Shown piece by piece: positions 60,286 through 64,000 of a DNA stretch of 64,000 nucleotides. The notes beneath the pieces are model-generated. The model worked only from the letters and a program-made list of their open reading frames with translations, had not been told where the DNA came from and ran no database searches. The translations under genes and the position numbers were made by a program. The DNA is from Perkinsus chesapeaki ATCC PRA-425 (taxonomy: Eukaryota > Protista > Perkinsozoa), in assembly GCA_013115145.1 (NCBI GenBank), contig JAAPAO010000014.1:77854-141853 (forward strand), read 5' to 3'. Position 1 is the first letter of the stretch; the number at the start of each line of letters is the position of its first letter.

Positions 60286-61151
60286 ATGCATTCTCCTCTC
60301 CTTCTCCTACTGCCAGTAGCGGCTGCTCAATCGACTTGGAGCTATGGAGATCAAGCAAACTGGCCCGGGCGATGCACGGCTCTCGCCAGTCGCCGATCAA
60401 CATCCATGACTCCGCCGTAGACAGCTCGATGCGCGCACCCGATCTTTCTATGAACTACGGTATTGCAAACAACGTGTCACCTTCGCTCGGGCCTCACTTG
60501 GAAGGTGGCATTGATCCTAACGAGAACTGGTATCTGTCTGGAGTATTTGGCTTCACTAATGACAGGTACCGCCTTGCACAACTACATTATCATTGGGGCT
60601 CCAACGACTCTACTGGCAGCGAACACTACTTAAATGGTAACTCGTTCCCTGCGGAGCTACATATGGTCCACCATAATATGAAATACAGCAACCTGAGCGC
60701 TGCTGCTGGCAAAGAAGGAGGCATCGCTGTCCTAGGCGTTCTGCTTCGCATAGGTGCTAGTAATGCTGGAGTAGAAGCTCTTTTGAGTAGCTTGGCAGAA
60801 AACAGGACTAAGTTCTCAGTCGATCTTGCCGGGCTCATTCCCTCTGATGGTGCCACTAATTACTACACCTATAACGGTTCCTTCACAGTTCCTCCCTGCA
60901 CTGAACATGTATCATGGATTGTAGCTGGAACTGAGCTAACTATTAGCGAGACACAGTTGGCTCGCCTCCGTGCATTAACTATTAATGGGAATCCCGTCGG
61001 GCCAAACTATCGGGCACTCGCACCCCAAAATGAGGAGCGAATTCTGACTGGTGGCAGAAACGGCGACAGCAGCTATGCCTCAGGGCTTTTCTTATCGTAT
61101 ATCGTTACGTCACTTATTTTCTCGTATAGTGCTTATGTGCGGCTCTTATGA
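60286..61151 (+). CDS. Secreted or anchored alpha-carbonic anhydrase, intronless, with an apparent 1-bp frameshift near 60377
   Basis: Signal peptide and WSYG...WPGRC in one frame. GSRQSPINI, QLHYHWG, GSEH, ELHMVH, YNGSFTVPPCTE and NYR in the next frame. Hydrophobic C-terminus. Confidence 0.85.
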
Positions 61152-62615
61152 GCACTCAAGTCTCTTGTCATGATTTCTATCCGAGTAGTAGTCGTCATCC
61201 TATGCCTATTTGTAAAGTCCGCATCCGTGTATGCGTGCCTATGATACGGCTTCGTGTGGCGAGGGATTGTTGCTCAGCTACTCGTCTGATTGTCTAGTCG
61301 ATGGGTGCCAGTCCGCCTGTCTCAGCGCCTCTAATGGACATCGAGTTGTAGTAGTATAATTACTTGTTAATTCTTGCTCCTTGCAACTGTATAGCACCAC
61401 AGCTAGGCATTCCTCGAAGTGCTTGGAGGTATAGTTCGAGCTGGAGTCTGTTCCTCATTTGTATATTCGTGTTGCCGCACAATCCTGTGCAAGCTAGATT
61501 GTGCTTTTATTTCAAACGGATGATTGTTGTCGGAGCATATATTGTTGCCATCCTGGCTCAAGTTTGTGGTGAAAACTCACGATTTTTCCTCTCTTTCTTA
61601 CACCATTTATTTTCTTCATGTCTGCGACCATTTTTTCCTGAACAAGGGGTGAATGACATGTGATCGGCTACGGAGCTCACTACTTCGCACCTATGCGCCT
61701 TTGGCCAGGCTTTCTGTTGTGATTTCTTGTTCGTCGCTGTGTAGCACTGGCTACCGGTCTTCCGTCAATATCCTCGGCTACGACATTACGAATACTCGAG
61801 GCGAAGGAGCCAATATAGTCGGTGAAGCCAGCATTGAGAGCACTTGGATGATGTGTTGAAGAAGTCGAACCTTCCAAGCGCTACACGTGACGGAGATATA
61901 TCACCCCTCATGAGTTGCACATTTCATGGCCTCTGCCGGGTGAGTTCTATCTGAAGTATTCTTCAGGCAGTAAGTACAAGACGGCCGTGATAATGCTCAG
62001 CCGTATGTCAGCACACATGTCCTTTGTTTAGCACAAATCCGATCCCTCCTCAGGGGTCGGATCCAAGTCCACCGATAATGCCTCGAATTCTAGCTGGCAC
62101 TTGGTAATAAGAGCTCTCGTAAAAGTAGCTTGCTGCTCTCATCCTTCTCAAACTCGGGTAGAACATGCCTCAGCTGCATAGATATATCACAGTAGATCTC
62201 ACATTAGTAGCTCTCCTGTATGGCCATGTCGGAGGTGGTACGAGCCAGCCGTTCAAGCTTCCATTCTTTGTCAATCTGAAGCGAAAAATGATGTGCGGCA
62301 AACTGTTGATAATACTATATCCAGCTCAGCCGTGACACGACTTGCCTGCGCCAGGTGACTACTTCAAGACTCATCATCGATGTAGAATTGTTTGAGAGCG
62401 TGTTTAGCACTCGGCAAGCACGCAAACACAAAGATACTTCTCGACGAAAACAGTCGACGGTTTCATAGCATGGCTCCTCCTATTGAGGATATCCGCTTAT
62501 CAATTTCAGGGAGTTGGGTGTGCTGAGGAAGCAAGTATATCATCAGCTCTTCCTACCACTCCATCAGTTAGTTCATTAATGTGATGTTTGTTAGCTTTGC
62601 CAGCATCAAGTCTAA

Positions 62616-63494
62616 ATGCTTAGCATTCGCAGCATCGTCGCCTTATCTGCCGTCCACACAGTCGCCTCCTCCATCAACCCACGTCCTGTCAGCATCTGCC
62701 TCAGCGAATGTTCATCGATATTCTTTGGGTCATATTGCAAGTATTGGCAGGATCAACCGACTTGTCATGGCACAAATGTGACCTGTTCCTGTGATGTGGC
62801 TATCGCTGCCCCTTTGCCTGTCGTATGCGATGCTGGTTGTGATCAAGTTCAGTCTGGATCATATTGCAAGTCGTGGCTTAACCCAAGCGTCTGCTCTAAT
62901 ACGGACATTCCTTGCACTTGCGAGAATTCCCCCTACACTACAAGCGCTCCCTATCCAACGACGACGACGATGGCACCAGTTAATACTACTAATTCAACTA
63001 CTGATGTTAACACCACGGAATCCTACAACTCCACGACGACCACAACAACTATGGAAAGCCCCAATAAGACTGCAGTATTCACAACGGAAAGTCCGACCTC
63101 AGTTACGACTGCTCCTCCAACTAATACCACAATGTCGGATCGAATGACACAACCCGTCAACTTCACCACCTCACCAGCTGAGGCTAACAGTACGGTGACC
63201 ACAACCGCCTATACGACATATGAGTCGGCAGCCTCTACTGGCCCAACGGTGACAACGACAATGCCTGGTAATTCTACTGATGACTGGACAACTCCATCAA
63301 CCTTCACAAACACAACTGAAGCATCATCAAATTCAACTGAGAAAGCTGACACCTCATCAACTCAATATACTACATCTGTGACAACAACATCAATGCGCAC
63401 TACTGGACTGAATACCACTCAGGCTCCATCGACTGGGACTGTAGACCCTTCCATGTCTACTGAGACTACCGGATTTAGGGTTAGAAGGGTGTAG
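62616..63494 (+). CDS. Secreted Cys-rich repeat protein with Ser/Thr mucin-like stalk
   Basis: Signal-like N-terminus, two C...C.....GSYCK.W.....C..T...C.C repeats, then ~190 aa of Thr/Ser/Asn-rich sequence with many N-x-S/T sequons. Confidence 0.75.
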   Translation: MLSIRSIVALSAVHTVASSINPRPVSICLSECSSIFFGSYCKYWQDQPTCHGTNVTCSCDVAIAAPLPVVCDAGCDQVQSGSYCKSWLNPSVCSNTDIPCTCENSPYTTSAPYPTTTTMAPVNTTNSTTDVNTTESYNSTTTTTTMESPNKTAVFTTESPTSVTTAPPTNTTMSDRMTQPVNFTTSPAEANSTVTTTAYTTYESAASTGPTVTTTMPGNSTDDWTTPSTFTNTTEASSNSTEKADTSSTQYTTSVTTTSMRTTGLNTTQAPSTGTVDPSMSTETTGFRVRRV

Positions 63495-64000
63495 CTCGAC
63501 ATCTCTATTTGAGGTTTAGCTTGGTAATCGTACTGACTAATCCTCTTTTGCATGCGACTGAGCATTTTTGAACACTGATTAGTGAGCAACGAGCAACAGG
63601 CTCATTGGATTGTCTCACTTCATATATATACATGTTGCGTATCACTGAGTGGAGAATCTCAGAGATAGGAACACCCCAATGCAGTAGCGCATCTCTAGGC
63701 ATGTCTCTATGGCACCCCTCAGCTCACGAAGACTTCGTACGAGGCGCAAAAATGTCAACTTTTGAAATATCTGCAGTACAGATTCTGTAGTCTGGGAGGA
63801 ATTTGAGCAAGCAAAATGTAGCCACATGAATGGCAACATCGGTCACCGATGTGGCCCACAGCGGGATCAAGCCACTCGTTTTCTAGTGCAAACCCAACAG
63901 CCGAGATGTTAGACGAAGGAGTAACCATGTAACGCTCCATCCATCCCTTGACTATATCGATCAGTATGGCTAGCGCCAACTTATGTGACTGGCAGTTTCA

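Noticed and set aside
63474-63484. Telomere-like TTTAGGGTTAG (similar word near 42561)
   Set aside because: Fewer than two units, embedded in coding or intron sequence.

Overview
Intron-rich eukaryotic DNA with ~40-60 bp GT-AG introns, very short spacers and long single-strand gene blocks. This style points to a perkinsid alveolate (Perkinsus-like); the assignment is inferred, not proven. From left to right: a partial RCC1-repeat gene (-); a tandem of four divergent octotricopeptide-repeat (OPR)-like + RAP-domain genes with mitochondrial-type presequences (1336-11615, +); and a minus-strand block (chagasin/I42 inhibitor, DUF547 protein, NCKX-type Na/Ca exchanger, several unknowns). After these come a large Cys-motif/coiled-coil gene (-), Ty3/Gypsy relics, VPS28, two tandem GH36 alpha-galactosidases, an EF-hand protein, a frameshifted alpha-carbonic anhydrase and a Cys-rich mucin. 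The strongest signal recurs in both tandem families. Otherwise diverged, GC-rich paralogs share sharply bounded tracts that are 98-100% identical and AT-rich (~31-39% GC against ~55-60% in flanks), introns included in the GH36 pair. In the OPR-RAP genes the tract is an in-frame 187-bp module of the RNA-recognition repeat array. This looks like cassette exchange or AT-skewed gene conversion acting on candidate mitochondrial RNA-processing nucleases. Most exon boundaries were traced by eye and are approximate.
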